Origin: Nitriliruptorales bacterium | Lineage (GTDB): Bacteria; Actinomycetota; Nitriliruptoria; Nitriliruptorales; JAHWKO01 | DNA: 59,389 nucleotides | Assembly: GCA_050700895.1 (NCBI GenBank) | Contig: JBOHEE010000411.1 | Location: 1-59,389 of the forward strand | Reading direction: 5' to 3' | Part shown: one piece after another, positions 1 to 10,068 of the stretch | Layout of the letters: each line of letters opens with the position of its first letter | Numbering within the stretch: the first letter of the stretch is position 1 | Notes under the pieces: generated by a model | The model's database searches: none | What the model saw: the letters and a program-made list of their open reading frames with translations, nothing else | Told to the model about the DNA's origin: nothing | Translations under genes and position numbers: made by a program

Positions 1-779
1 GGCTCCGCCACCGCACGCAGCGAGTTCCGCAGCGTCTTCCGGCGCTGGCCGAACGCCGCATCCACGACCCGCGCGATGCGCGCCCGCTCGTCCCGCGACG
101 GGGCGTCGGGTCGCCGCCGGATGCGGACCGTCACCGAGTCGACCTTCGGCACCGGGTGGAAGACCGTCCGCGGCACCTGCGCGGCGATCTCCGCGCGGGC
201 GGCGAGGGCGATCTTCACGCTGACCGCGCCGTACAGCTCATCCCCGACATCGGCCGCCCAGCGCTGGCCCACCTCGCGCTGGACCATGACGAAGAGGTCG
301 GTGAACGCCTCGTTCGCGAGGACGTCGAGGACGAGCGGTGTCGCGACGTTGTACGGCAGGTTCGCGATGAACCGAGCCGGTCCCCCACCGACGACGTCGC
401 CGAGGTCCGTGCGCAGCGCGTCCGCGTGGACCACCTCGACGTTCGTGACACCCTCCAAGACCTCTGCGAGCGCGGCGACGAGCCCCGCGTCCACCTCCAC
501 CGCCGCCACCCTCGCCGCGGCCTCCGCGAGCGCGAGCGTGAGCGACCCGAGCCCGGGGCCGACCTCGAGCACGACGTCGTGGGGCTCGACGCCGGCGTCG
601 CGGACGATCTTGCGCACGGTGTTCGCGTCGACGACGAAGTTCTGCCCTGCCGCCTTCCGCGGAGCGATGCCGTGCGAGACCAGCAGCCGACGGACGTCCG
701 CCGGCGTCAGAAGGTCGTGCCCCCGTTCCCCTGGGTCCACGCGCCCAGGGTAGGCGCGCGCGAACCCGGCCTCCGACAC
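1..779 (-). CDS. rsmA: 16S rRNA (adenine-N6,N6)-dimethyltransferase RsmA/KsgA; 3' end runs off the window
   Basis: My own minus-strand translation reads VSEAGFARAY...GQNFVVDANTVRKIVRDAGVEPHDVVLEVGPGLGSLT...NLPYNVATP.... GTG at 779 lies 20 nt downstream of the tatD stop. It is absent from the ORF track because it is open at the window edge. The plus-strand ORFs 76..753 and 156..947 are antisense artefacts. Confidence 0.85.
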   Translation of the reverse strand, partial: MSEAGFARAYPGRVDPGERGHDLLTPADVRRLLVSHGIAPRKAAGQNFVVDANTVRKIVRDAGVEPHDVVLEVGPGLGSLTLALAEAAARVAAVEVDAGLVAALAEVLEGVTNVEVVHADALRTDLGDVVGGGPARFIANLPYNVATPLVLDVLANEAFTDLFVMVQREVGQRWAADVGDELYGAVSVKIALAARAEIAAQVPRTVFHPVPKVDSVTVRIRRRPDAPSRDERARIARVVDAAFGQRRKTLRNSLRAVAE

Positions 780-801
780 AGCCCCCGCTGGCCGCGGTCT
801 C

Positions 802-1593
802 CTAGAGGGCGAAGGCGCGGCGGGCGTTGTCGACGGTCGCCGCCGCGAGATCCTCGACCTCGACCTCGTGCGCCTCCGCGAGGCATCTGGCGATCACGGG
901 GATGTACGCGGGCTCGTTCGGGCTCCCACGGTGCGGGTGGGGGGTGAGGAACGGGCTGTCCGTCTCGGTGAGGATCGCGTCGAGCGGGGTCGCCGCGGCT
1001 GCCTCCCGGAGACTGGGCGCGTTCGTGAAGGTGACGTTGCCCGCGAACGAGAGGAACCAGCCCGCCTCGGCGCACTGGCGCGCGAGTGCGGCGTCTCCCG
1101 AGAAGCAGTGGAGAACGACCCGCTCCGGCGGACCCTCGTACTCGAGGATCTTCAGCGTGTCCTCCCAGGCGTCGCGCACATGGACGACGAGGGCCTTGTC
1201 GAACTCCTTCGCGAGCGCGATGTGCTCGCGGAACGCCCACTGCTGACGGTCGGTCGGCGCCCAGTCGCGGTAGTAGTCGAGGCCGGTCTCACCGATCGCG
1301 ACGACCTGCTCGTGCCCGGCCAGTCGCCGGATGGCCTCCATGACGTGTGGGGTCGCCTCCATGGCGTCGTTCGGGTGCACGCCGACCGTCGCCCAGACGC
1401 CGGGATGCCGGTTCGCCGTCTGGACCGCCTCGGTCGAGGACGCGAGGTCCGTCCCGACCGTGACGATCGTCGTGACGCCCTCGGCGAGGGCGCGATCGAT
1501 CTGTTCGGAGGGCCGGGCGTCCTCGTGGTGATCGAGGTGGCAGTGGGTGTCGACGTACTCGGGCACGCGCAAGCCTTCGCGGTCCGTCCGCAT
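802..1593 (-). CDS. TatD-family metal-dependent hydrolase/DNase
   Basis: 263-aa ORF. N-terminal YVDTHCHLD motif and later ETGLDYY and LHCFSG/ETDSPFL motifs are typical of TatD. The tatD-rsmA synteny is conserved. Confidence 0.9.
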   Translation of the reverse strand: MRTDREGLRVPEYVDTHCHLDHHEDARPSEQIDRALAEGVTTIVTVGTDLASSTEAVQTANRHPGVWATVGVHPNDAMEATPHVMEAIRRLAGHEQVVAIGETGLDYYRDWAPTDRQQWAFREHIALAKEFDKALVVHVRDAWEDTLKILEYEGPPERVVLHCFSGDAALARQCAEAGWFLSFAGNVTFTNAPSLREAAAATPLDAILTETDSPFLTPHPHRGSPNEPAYIPVIARCLAEAHEVEVEDLAAATVDNARRAFAL

Positions 1594-1684
1594 CGGGTGA
1601 CGGCAGGGTTACTTCGAGCGAGCCGGCACGCCCCCGTGACGCCGGCAACAGCGAGCCTAGCGGATGCGTGCTCCCGCCCCCGGG

Positions 1685-2998
1685 TCACGGGAGGAAGTCC
1701 GCGTGCCACACCGTGGTGCCGAGTCGCACGAGGCTGCCGTCCCGGGCGGAGATCCACGTCCGACCACCGGAGCCCAGCAGCACGGCGTCGCCGCCGGCGG
1801 TCATCCAGATCCTGGTCGGGTCGCTCGTCTGGCGGACCTCGTCGGGGGTCGCGAGCGGCTCGCCCTCGTCGGAGGCCTGGACGGCGGTGAGCGACAGGTC
1901 CACGGTCCCCTCGCCGGCTCCCTGGACGGTGAGGAAGAAGCGCACGTCCTGCTCGCTCAGGCCCTGGTGGCCGTTCGCGACGTCGAGGTACGCACCGTCC
2001 CGGTCGGGCTGCAGGTACGGGGCGTTCGGGTCGACGCCGAGCGCGCCGTCGGCCTGGCGCTCGAGCGGGTAGACGACGAGCGACGTGCCAGAGTCGCCGC
2101 CCGACAGCGGGTCGGTGATGACCAACTGGCCGCTCGCGGTCTCGCCGTCGTCGGCGACCCAGGTCCACTCCTGCAGGCGGGCGCCGAAGGAGAGATCGAC
2201 CTCGACCTCCCACGAGGCGTCGTCGTTGCCTTCGTCGGCCGAGCCCGGGCCGTCGGTCCACTGGATGGCACGGATGACGAACGGTCCCCCGTCGCCGCCC
2301 TCGAGCCAGGCGAGGAAGTCGCCGTCGGGCGACCAGACGGGGTTCGGCACCGCGCCGTCGGTCCGCGTGTCCTGGACGTGATAGGGGGCCGGAATCTCCT
2401 GGTCCTCTACGGGGAGACCGCTCGTCCAGCGGAACCAGCGCAGGGTGTACATCCCCTCGCCCTCCTCGAGGAGCACCCCGGTGACGTCCTCGGGGGTCGA
2501 GCCCGGGCGCACCGCGACCGCGACGTAGCGGGCCTCGGCGTTCTCCCGGAAGCCCTCGGCTGGTCCCTCTACCAGCAGCGCACCGCGTCGGCCCTCGCGA
2601 AGGAGGAAGACGTCGAACCCGTCGGTCGCCACCGCCCATTCAGGGGCGCCGGCCGGGTACGCCGCCACGGGTGTGGGCGAAACCGTGGGAGACGGCGCGT
2701 CGTCGGGCTCCGTACCGCCCACGACCGGGTCGTCGTCGGGCTCGGTCGCCGTCGGCGTCTCCGACGGCTCGTCGAAGATCTGTGGTGCCTCCTCCGGCCG
2801 GCGCAGGTCGAGCAGGGCCGGAACGGCCAGGCCGACGACGACCACGGCGGCGGCAGCAAGGCTCAGCGCGGCGAGCCAGCCGCGGAGGCGACGCCGGCCA
2901 GCCCTCCGCTGGACCTCGTTCCACAGCGCGGGGGTTGCCGCGACGTCGCCCGACCGGGCCTCGAGGCTCTCTCGGAGCAGACGCTCCAGGTCGTTCAT
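1685..2998 (-). CDS. Membrane-anchored protein co-transcribed with the ECF sigma factor (putative anti-sigma factor)
   Basis: The internal ATG at 2998 (MNDLERLLRESL...) overlaps the sigma stop as ATGA. It has one TM helix (WLAALSLAAAAVVVVGLAVPALL), a Pro/Thr/Asp-rich linker and a ~330-aa extracytoplasmic domain. The ORF-track extension to 3190 reads into the sigma gene and is rejected. Confidence 0.6.
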   Translation of the reverse strand: MNDLERLLRESLEARSGDVAATPALWNEVQRRAGRRRLRGWLAALSLAAAAVVVVGLAVPALLDLRRPEEAPQIFDEPSETPTATEPDDDPVVGGTEPDDAPSPTVSPTPVAAYPAGAPEWAVATDGFDVFLLREGRRGALLVEGPAEGFRENAEARYVAVAVRPGSTPEDVTGVLLEEGEGMYTLRWFRWTSGLPVEDQEIPAPYHVQDTRTDGAVPNPVWSPDGDFLAWLEGGDGGPFVIRAIQWTDGPGSADEGNDDASWEVEVDLSFGARLQEWTWVADDGETASGQLVITDPLSGGDSGTSLVVYPLERQADGALGVDPNAPYLQPDRDGAYLDVANGHQGLSEQDVRFFLTVQGAGEGTVDLSLTAVQASDEGEPLATPDEVRQTSDPTRIWMTAGGDAVLLGSGGRTWISARDGSLVRLGTTVWHADFLP

Positions 2999-3522
2999 CA
3001 CGCACCTCCGAACGCGGTCGCGTCCCCGAGCAGCTCCCGGAGACGGTCGAGACCGCGTGAAACCTGGGACTTCACCGTGCCCACGCTGACGCCGAGCATC
3101 TCGGCCGCCTGCGCCTCGGAGAGGTCCTCGTAGTAGCGGAGCACGATCGCGGCGCGCTGCCGGTCCGGCAGGCGCTGGAGCGCCTGCCACACGGCGTCGT
3201 GGTCCGCGGCCTGCTCGTCGTGGAGGCGGACGCCCCGCTCGTCACCGGCCCGGCGCTCGCCCTCGCGGATCTCCAGCGCCCGGCGCCGGCCGCGGCTGTT
3301 GACCTGGTTCACGACCGCGCGCCGGAGATAGGGGCCGACGTCGCGGACGCGGCCCCGTTCCCACTGTCGCCAGACCTTCGCGAAGGCCTCCGCTACGACA
3401 TCCTCCGCGGCGTGCGGATCCCCGGTCAGCAGCCAGGCGAGCCGGACAGCGCGCCGATGGTGAGCGCTGTAGACGTCCGCGAACGACGTCGCGGCGCCAT
3501 CAGCCCGAAAGACGCTCGACAC
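2998..3522 (-). CDS. ECF-type sigma-70 family RNA polymerase sigma factor
   Basis: The C-terminal 174 aa of ORF 2998..3990 carry region 2 (DVVAEAFAKVWRQW) and region 4 HTH (RAAIVLRYYEDLSEAQAAEMLGVSVGTVKSQVSRGLDRLR). GTG at 3522 is chosen as start. The upstream 156 aa are Arg/Gly-rich junk. Confidence 0.85.
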   Translation of the reverse strand: MSSVFRADGAATSFADVYSAHHRRAVRLAWLLTGDPHAAEDVVAEAFAKVWRQWERGRVRDVGPYLRRAVVNQVNSRGRRRALEIREGERRAGDERGVRLHDEQAADHDAVWQALQRLPDRQRAAIVLRYYEDLSEAQAAEMLGVSVGTVKSQVSRGLDRLRELLGDATAFGGA

Positions 3523-3683
3523 ACGGGTCGCCACTCGTCTTCGACGCCACCGCGGGGTTCCCCGCCGCGTGCGTCCCTCCACCCGAACTGACGCGCACAC
3601 CGCCTGGAAGGTTGAGACGGATCTGCGCGCGGCGGAGGGTAGGGCGAGTACGGAACGCAGCGGACGGTCGACGCGGCCTACGC

Positions 3684-5720
3684 CTACGACGTGGCCGCCC
3701 CCTCCTCTGCCGCCTCCTCGTCCTCGGCCGGCACCGGCATGTCGAGGTGGCGGCCGTGCCACTCGAGCACGATCTGGAAGCGGTCGCGGCGATGCTTCGG
3801 CGCCCCCGAGCGCGAGAGCTCGTGACCCTCGTCTGGGAAGCGGACGAGCTCGACCTCGGTTCCGTGCCGCTTCAGCATCATGTAGAACTGTTCCGCCTGC
3901 TCGATCGGGCAGCGCCAGTCGTGCTCGGAGTGGAGGAGGAGCGTCGGGGTCGTGACGCGATGGGCGCGCGAAACCGGGCTCGCCGCCCACAGGAGCTCGA
4001 AGTCCTCAGGCAGCTGGGCGTCGAGGTACATGCGGTCGAAGAAGGCGCCGATGTCCGAGGTGCCCGAAAACGAGACCCACGACAGGAGCCCCCGCTCGAC
4101 GATCGCGGAGCGCCAGCGATCCTCGCGGCCGATGACGTGGGCGGTGGCAAAGCCTCCGTAGGAGCCGCCCATGACCCCCATTCGCTCGGGGTCGAGGCGG
4201 TCGGAGCGGGCAAGCGCGGCGTCGACCGCGCGGCGCAGGTCGTTGAGGTCCGGCGGGTCCTCCTCGTGCCAGACCTTGACCGCGCCACGGGCGAAGTCGC
4301 GCCCGCGGCCGCTCGAACCGCGCGGGTTCGTGGCGAGCACCGCGTACCCGGCCCCGGCGTAGACCTGGAACTCGTCGAAGAAGCCCCAGCCGTACTGCGT
4401 CGCGGGCCCCCCGTGGATGTTGAACAGCAGCGGCACGCGGTCCCCGCCCTCGGGCAGGTACAGCCAGGCGTCGATCTCCTCCCCGCCGGACTCGTAGGTG
4501 AAGTGCTCGCCGGCGACGAAGGCGAGCTCGTCGCGGGCCGTCGCGTTCACCGCCGTGAGGGCACGCTCCTCGCCGTCCTCCCACCAGTGGAGCTCGCCGG
4601 GATCGTCGTTGGCGGTGGCCACGAACGCGAACGCCGAGCCGTCCTCGCGGACCGTCGCGCCCGTGATCGTGCGTCGGCTTCCGCCGGCGAGCTCCTCGAC
4701 CTTGCCGTCAGGGTCGACGGCGACGACCCGGTTCACACCCCGGTCCTCGAGCAGGGTGAGGAAGCGGTCGCCCCTCCACTGCGGTCCGGACGGTCCCGCC
4801 GCGTCGAACGGCAGCGCGTCGCGGTCGAGGTGTCCGGTGAGGTCGGTCAGCGACCCGTCCTCCTCGATGCGGCGGACCGACAGGGGCGCCGGCCAGCCCC
4901 ACCGGTCCGTGAGGCCGGTCACGTGTGCGACGCCGTCGGGGCGGAAGGTGACGTGACCCCAGATTCCGACGTCGGTGAGGGCGGTGACCTCCCGGTCGTC
5001 GAGCGTCACGAGGAAGACCTGGTTGCCGCCATCGACCTCGCGCTCGTCGTGCCGCTCGGAGAGGAAGGCGATCGCGAGGCCGTCAGGACGCCACACCGGC
5101 TCGCTCTCGTCGAAGTCGCCCGGTGTGAGGAGGTCGGGCTCCTCCTGGCCCGACGGGTCCACGAGGCAGAGGTGCTTGCGCCGCTCGTGGATCCAGCCGA
5201 GGTTGTCGCCGCGGTACGGCAGGCGGGTGATGCGCCGCGGCCGCCGCTTGCGCTCGTCCTCCTCGAGGTCGGCGAGCTCCTCGACCCAGCTGTTGCCGAC
5301 GGCCACGAGTCGGCTGCCGTCCGGCGACCACTCCGCTCCCCCCGCGCCGAGGGGGAAGTCCGTCACGATCCGGGCCTCCCCGCCGGCGGCCGGCATCACC
5401 GCGACCTGCGGCTTGCTGTCCTCCTTCTCGCTCTTGCGGACGAACACGAGCCGGCCGCCGTCGGGCGACCACCGCGGAGCGCCGTCGCTCGGACCGTGGG
5501 TGAAGGGACGCGCATCCTCCCCGTCCCAGAGCCAGACCCTCGAGACGTAGCGGTCCTCCTCGAGGTCGACCTCGCGGACGACGAAGGCGACCTGCGCCCC
5601 GTCGGGATGCATCTGCGGCTCGGTGAGCGTGCGCAGCCGCGCGAGATCTCCCGTCCTCACCGATGGCCTCCTGCGGTCGGGGCGGGGGACGCTAGTGGCT
5701 ACGCTCGGCCGCGTGACCAC
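3684..5720 (-). CDS. S9-family serine peptidase (prolyl oligopeptidase / acylaminoacyl-peptidase type) with N-terminal beta-propeller
   Basis: 678-aa ORF. Nucleophile elbow GGSYGG, WSPDG propeller repeats and a C-terminal alpha/beta-hydrolase region. The start is uncertain: a GTG at 5660 would avoid overlap with metG. Confidence 0.85.
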   Translation of the reverse strand: MVTRPSVATSVPRPDRRRPSVRTGDLARLRTLTEPQMHPDGAQVAFVVREVDLEEDRYVSRVWLWDGEDARPFTHGPSDGAPRWSPDGGRLVFVRKSEKEDSKPQVAVMPAAGGEARIVTDFPLGAGGAEWSPDGSRLVAVGNSWVEELADLEEDERKRRPRRITRLPYRGDNLGWIHERRKHLCLVDPSGQEEPDLLTPGDFDESEPVWRPDGLAIAFLSERHDEREVDGGNQVFLVTLDDREVTALTDVGIWGHVTFRPDGVAHVTGLTDRWGWPAPLSVRRIEEDGSLTDLTGHLDRDALPFDAAGPSGPQWRGDRFLTLLEDRGVNRVVAVDPDGKVEELAGGSRRTITGATVREDGSAFAFVATANDDPGELHWWEDGEERALTAVNATARDELAFVAGEHFTYESGGEEIDAWLYLPEGGDRVPLLFNIHGGPATQYGWGFFDEFQVYAGAGYAVLATNPRGSSGRGRDFARGAVKVWHEEDPPDLNDLRRAVDAALARSDRLDPERMGVMGGSYGGFATAHVIGREDRWRSAIVERGLLSWVSFSGTSDIGAFFDRMYLDAQLPEDFELLWAASPVSRAHRVTTPTLLLHSEHDWRCPIEQAEQFYMMLKRHGTEVELVRFPDEGHELSRSGAPKHRRDRFQIVLEWHGRHLDMPVPAEDEEAAEEGAATS

Positions 5721-7365
5721 CAGCCATCCCCGCCCGATCCTCGTCGCCGTCGCGTGGCCCTACGCGAACGGTTCCCTCCACCTGGGCCAGATGGCCGGCG
5801 CCTACCTGCCGGCGGACATCTTCGCCCGCTACCACCGCCTCGCCGGCAACCGTGTGCTCATGGTCTCGGGGAGCGACGTCCACGGGACGCCGATCACGGT
5901 GCGGGCCGACCAGGAGGGCGTGCCGCCGCGGGAGGTCGTCGACCGCTTCCACCCGCAGTTCCTGCGCATCTGGGACGAGCTCGGCATCTCGTTCGACCTC
6001 TTCACGACGACGATGACCGACAACCACCGCGAGGTGACCTGGGACCTGTTCCGGACGCTCCACGACAACGGCTGCATCGGGACGAAGACCACCGAGCAGT
6101 TCTACGACGTCGAGGCGAGCCGCTTCCTGCCCGACCGCTACGTCGAGGGCACCTGCCCCCACTGCGGCTACGACCGTGCGCGGGGCGACCAGTGCGAGAG
6201 CTGCGGCCGCACCCTCGACCCCGAGGAGCTCGTCGACCCGCGCAGCCGCTTCACCGGCACGACGCCGGAGACGCGGGAGACGGAGCACTACTTCATCCTC
6301 CTGTCGAAGCTCCAGAACCAGCTCCTCGACTGGCTCGAGGGGCGCGAGGGCTGGCGCAACCACGTCATCAACTGGGCGCTCGGCTTCGTCCGGGAGGGCC
6401 TGCACGACAACGCCATCAGTCGCGACCTCGACTGGGGCGTGCCGCTGCCTCCTGAGTTCGACACGATCGGGGAGGGAAAGCGCATCTACGTGTGGTTCGA
6501 AGCGGTGATCGGCTACCTGTCCGCCTCGAAGGAGTGGGCGCAGCGCCAGGGCGACCCGGACCGCTGGAAGGACTGGTGGGAGGACCCTTCCTCGGGGTCG
6601 TACTACTTCATCGGCAAGGACAACATCCCGTTCCACGCCGTCTTCTGGCCCGCCTACCTCATGGGCTACGGCAGCCTGAACCTGCCCACCGATGTGCCCG
6701 CGAACCAGTACGTGACCTTCAAGGGGGCGAAGGCGTCGAAGTCTGCGGGGGTGGGACGGCCAGTGCTCGAGTACCTCGACGAGTTCGAGCCCGACGCCCT
6801 GCGGTTCGCGCTCGCTGCGAACCTGCCGGAGCAGCAGGACTCGGATCTGACCGACGACGAGCTCGTCCGCCGCATCAACGACGAGCTCGTCGCGACCTGG
6901 GGGAACCTCGTCAACCGGCTCGTCAGCATGACCCACCGCTGGTTCGACGGCGAGGTCCCCTCCCCCGGGACCCTCGACGACCGCGACCGCGGGATCCTCG
7001 ACGCGGTGGACGCCGTGCTCGAGGAGGTCTCGGGGCAGATCGGGCGCGTCGAGCTCCGCGCAGGTCTCCGCACCGCGCTGCGCGGGGCGCAGGAGGTCAA
7101 CGGCTACCTCAACGCGACGGAGCCGTGGCGGACCGCGAAGGACGACCTCGAGCGGACCGCGACGACGCTCTTCGTCGCGCTGAACGCGGTGAACGGGCTG
7201 AAGGTGGCGTTCGCGCCGTACCTGCCGTTCACGACGGAGCGGCTCCACGCGACCCTCGGCCAGGACGGGTCCGTGGCGGCCGGCGGCTGGGCGCGCACCG
7301 AGCTCGTGCCGGGAACCGCCCTCGGCGAGGCCGAGCCCCTCTACCGCAAGGTCGAGACCGCTTGA
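5713..7365 (+). CDS. metG: Methionine--tRNA ligase
   Basis: Starts at GTG 5713 (VTTSHPRPILVAVAWPYANGSLHLGQ). HIGH-like SLHLGQ, zinc knuckle CPHCGYDRARGDQCESCG, and a KMSKS-like KASKSAG. Confidence 0.95.
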   Translation: MTTSHPRPILVAVAWPYANGSLHLGQMAGAYLPADIFARYHRLAGNRVLMVSGSDVHGTPITVRADQEGVPPREVVDRFHPQFLRIWDELGISFDLFTTTMTDNHREVTWDLFRTLHDNGCIGTKTTEQFYDVEASRFLPDRYVEGTCPHCGYDRARGDQCESCGRTLDPEELVDPRSRFTGTTPETRETEHYFILLSKLQNQLLDWLEGREGWRNHVINWALGFVREGLHDNAISRDLDWGVPLPPEFDTIGEGKRIYVWFEAVIGYLSASKEWAQRQGDPDRWKDWWEDPSSGSYYFIGKDNIPFHAVFWPAYLMGYGSLNLPTDVPANQYVTFKGAKASKSAGVGRPVLEYLDEFEPDALRFALAANLPEQQDSDLTDDELVRRINDELVATWGNLVNRLVSMTHRWFDGEVPSPGTLDDRDRGILDAVDAVLEEVSGQIGRVELRAGLRTALRGAQEVNGYLNATEPWRTAKDDLERTATTLFVALNAVNGLKVAFAPYLPFTTERLHATLGQDGSVAAGGWARTELVPGTALGEAEPLYRKVETA

Positions 7366-7392
7366 GGGCACACGGGCGATGAGGGACCGCCG

Positions 7393-7707
7393 ATGATGAC
7401 CGGCATCCGACGGAAGGTCGACGACCTCGGGCGGGTCGTGATCCCGGCCGGGATCCGCCGTGCGCTCGGCATCCGCGAGGGCGATCCGGTCGAGGTCCAC
7501 GTGGAGGGCGAGCGCATCGTCCTCAGCAGGCCGACCGACCAATGCGTCTTCTGCCGCAGCGAGCACGACCTGCGCCTCTTCCGTCACCGGTCGGTCTGTG
7601 GGAGCTGTGTCGCGGCGATCGGCCTGCTGGACGGCGCAGACGCCGCCCCGGCCGACGGCGGGCAGAACGCCGAGGATCAGGAGCCGGAGTCGACCACCGC
7701 CTGGTAG
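7393..7707 (+). CDS. AbrB/MazE/SpoVT-family DNA-binding protein with C-terminal Cys4 motif
   Basis: RKVDDLGRVVIPAGIRRALGIREGDPVEVHVEGERIVL is a SpoVT-AbrB swapped-hairpin motif. It is followed by CVFC...CGSC. The 3' end overlaps rsmI convergently. Confidence 0.8.
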   Translation: MMTGIRRKVDDLGRVVIPAGIRRALGIREGDPVEVHVEGERIVLSRPTDQCVFCRSEHDLRLFRHRSVCGSCVAAIGLLDGADAAPADGGQNAEDQEPESTTAW

Positions 7708-8531
7708 ACGTCGCGCTTCGGCACCCCGCTCTCGGCGGCGACCTCCGCGATGGCCTCCCTCCTCGCGAGGCCCGCCTCGACCCGCAGCGCCACCTCCTCG
7801 GCGAGCTCCTGGGGGCGCCGCTCCACGACCCGCTGCTGCGCGCCCCCGACCACGAGGGTCGCCTCGCCGCGTACGCCCTCGTCCGTCGCCCGGCGGGCGA
7901 GGGCGCCGAGGGTGTCGCGCCAGACCTCCTCGTGGAGCTTCGTGAGCTCGCGGGCGAGCGTGGCCGGGCGGACGTCCCCTAGCGCTCCCGCCAGGTCGGT
8001 GAGGTCGTCCGCCGCACGGTGCGGCGAGAGGTAGAGGACCACGGTCCGCGGCTCGGTCGACAGCTGCTCCAACCGCGACCGGCGCGCCGCGCCGCGGCGC
8101 GGGAGGAAGCCCTCGAACGCGAAGCGGTCGGTCGGCAGCCCCGAGACCACGAGGGCATGGAGAACCGCCGAGGGGCCGGGGACCGCGTCGACGGACAGCC
8201 CAGCCGCGACGCAGGCGCGGACAAGCCGGAATCCCGGGTCGGACACCCCGGGGGTGCCGGCGTCGGTCACGAGCGCGACGACGTCGCCGCGCTCGATCCG
8301 CGCGACGACCCCGGGGATCCGCTCGTCCTCGTTGTGCTCGTGGTAGGAGAGCTGAGGCACGTCCGCCCCGATGTGCGCCAGGAGCCGCCCAGTTCGGCGG
8401 GTGTCCTCCGCGGCGACGAGGTCCGCGTCGCGCAGGGCGGCCGCCGCACGGGGGGACAGGTCCTCGAGGTTCCCGATCGGTGTGGCGACCACGACGAGCC
8501 GGCCAGGCCCCGTGCCGTCTTCGGCCGCCAC
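7677..8531 (-). CDS. rsmI: 16S rRNA (cytidine1402-2'-O)-methyltransferase RsmI
   Basis: GRLVVVATPIGNLEDLSPRAAAALRDADLVAAEDTRRTGRLL is typical of the RsmI tetrapyrrole-methylase fold. GTG start. Divergent from pmt, as in actinobacteria. Confidence 0.9.
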   Translation of the reverse strand: MAAEDGTGPGRLVVVATPIGNLEDLSPRAAAALRDADLVAAEDTRRTGRLLAHIGADVPQLSYHEHNEDERIPGVVARIERGDVVALVTDAGTPGVSDPGFRLVRACVAAGLSVDAVPGPSAVLHALVVSGLPTDRFAFEGFLPRRGAARRSRLEQLSTEPRTVVLYLSPHRAADDLTDLAGALGDVRPATLARELTKLHEEVWRDTLGALARRATDEGVRGEATLVVGGAQQRVVERRPQELAEEVALRVEAGLARREAIAEVAAESGVPKRDVYQAVVDSGS

Positions 8532-8589
8532 GTCACACCTCCCGTCGCACGCGGGTGACGGTAGCCCGCCGCGATAGGCTCACCCCTCC

Positions 8590-10068
8590 GTGACTCGTAC
8601 GCGTCTCTTCGCCGTCCTGATCCCGGTCCTGCTGGTGCTGGTCGCCGGTGTCGTGCGGTTCGTGGACCTCGGACATCCCGAGCGGATCATCTTCGACGAG
8701 ACGTACTACGTGAACGACGCCCGTGAGTTCCTCGAGACCGGGGTCGAGGAGTCCTTCGCGGTCCACCCGCCGGTCGGCAAGTGGCTCATCGCAGGCGGGA
8801 TCGCGGTCTTCGGCGACCGTCCGCTCGGCTGGCGCGCCGCCGGGGCGGTTGCCGGCACGCTGGTCGTGCTCCTCACCTACCTCATGGCGAGACGGCTCGT
8901 CGGCTGGCGCGGCGCCGCCGCCCTGGCGGGTCTGCTCGTCGCCGTCGACGGGCTGCTTTTCGTCCAGTCGCGCACGTCGATGCTCGACGCCTTCCTCGGC
9001 CTCTTCGTCGCGCTCGGGGCCTGGCTCCTGCTCGTCGACTACGACGAGTCGCGGCTCGCAGAGGAGCGCACCGTCGTCACCGACGGCCTCCCCTGGCGCC
9101 CCCACCCGTTCCGTCTCCTCGCCGGCCTCGCGTTCGGGCTGGCGATCGCGACGAAGTGGTCCGGGTTGCTCGCGCTCGGCGGCGCCGGGCTCCTCGTCAT
9201 CGGCTGGGAGCTGGCGTGGCGGCGTCGCCTGACGGGGAGGTTCCGGGTCGCGCTCGGCAAGCTGGCGGGATCGGTCGCGCTGAGCCTCGTCCTCGTGCCG
9301 CTCGGCGTGTACGCGGTGTCCTACATCCCGTGGCTCGTGAACTACGCCACGACGACCGAGGGGGACGACGTCTGCGCCGAGGAAGGGCCGTGCCACGTGT
9401 CGATCCCCGGCCGGCTCGCCGGCCTCGCCCGCTACCACGTGAAGGTGTGGAACTTCCACACCGATCTCGAGGCGACCCACCCCTACCGCGCGCCGGCGTG
9501 GACCTGGCCGATCATGCAGCGCCCGGTCGTCTACTACTGGGAGAGCTGCTCCGCAGAGCGGGCCGCCGGCGAGGCGACGACGAACGACGAGGGCGAGGCG
9601 GAGGAGCCGGAGCCGTGCGTCGTCGCCCAGGGCAACGCGGGCGAGATCATCGCGCTCGGCAACCCGGCGCTGTGGTGGGGTGTGCTCGCCGCGCTCGTCC
9701 CGCTGGGGGCCGGCCTCGCCATGCGCGAGAACCGGGCATGGTTCATCTTCACCTTCTGGGCGGCCCAGTTCGTGCCGTGGCTCGCCGTCCAGCGCGCGTC
9801 GTTCTTCTTCTACATGGTCCCCGCGGTGCCGTTCATGGCGCTCGCGATGGCCCACGGGGTCACGTGGCTGGACGAGGTCGTCGAGCGGCGGGCGCTGAGG
9901 GGCGGGAGGGAGCCGCGGTGGCGCCGGGTCACACCTGGTGCGACCGCCGGCGCGGTCGTCGCCGTCGCCGCCCTCGCGCTCTTCCTCTACTTCTACCCGG
10001 TGCTGGCCGGTCTCGAGATGGACTACGACGCGGTGCGCCAGCGCTGGTGGCTCGACACCTGGATCTAG
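8590..10068 (+). CDS. pmt: Dolichyl-phosphate-mannose--protein mannosyltransferase-like (phospholipid carrier-dependent glycosyltransferase)
   Basis: 492-aa polytopic membrane protein. N-terminal IIFDETYYVNDAREF / HPPVGKWLIA motifs of PMT-family GT-C enzymes. rsmI-pmt divergent synteny. Confidence 0.85.
   Translation: MTRTRLFAVLIPVLLVLVAGVVRFVDLGHPERIIFDETYYVNDAREFLETGVEESFAVHPPVGKWLIAGGIAVFGDRPLGWRAAGAVAGTLVVLLTYLMARRLVGWRGAAALAGLLVAVDGLLFVQSRTSMLDAFLGLFVALGAWLLLVDYDESRLAEERTVVTDGLPWRPHPFRLLAGLAFGLAIATKWSGLLALGGAGLLVIGWELAWRRRLTGRFRVALGKLAGSVALSLVLVPLGVYAVSYIPWLVNYATTTEGDDVCAEEGPCHVSIPGRLAGLARYHVKVWNFHTDLEATHPYRAPAWTWPIMQRPVVYYWESCSAERAAGEATTNDEGEAEEPEPCVVAQGNAGEIIALGNPALWWGVLAALVPLGAGLAMRENRAWFIFTFWAAQFVPWLAVQRASFFFYMVPAVPFMALAMAHGVTWLDEVVERRALRGGREPRWRRVTPGATAGAVVAVAALALFLYFYPVLAGLEMDYDAVRQRWWLDTWI

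Noticed and set aside
3535-3565. ECF-type promoter (GGAAC at 3561..3557 on the minus strand) upstream of the ECF sigma gene
   Set aside because: A GGAAC -35 is present about 35 nt upstream of the chosen GTG, but I could not find a convincing CGTC/GTT-type -10 at 16-17 nt spacing. It is left uncalled.
3612-6455. 947-aa plus-strand ORF
   Set aside because: It is antisense to the S9 peptidase and out of frame with metG. It has no recognisable motif.
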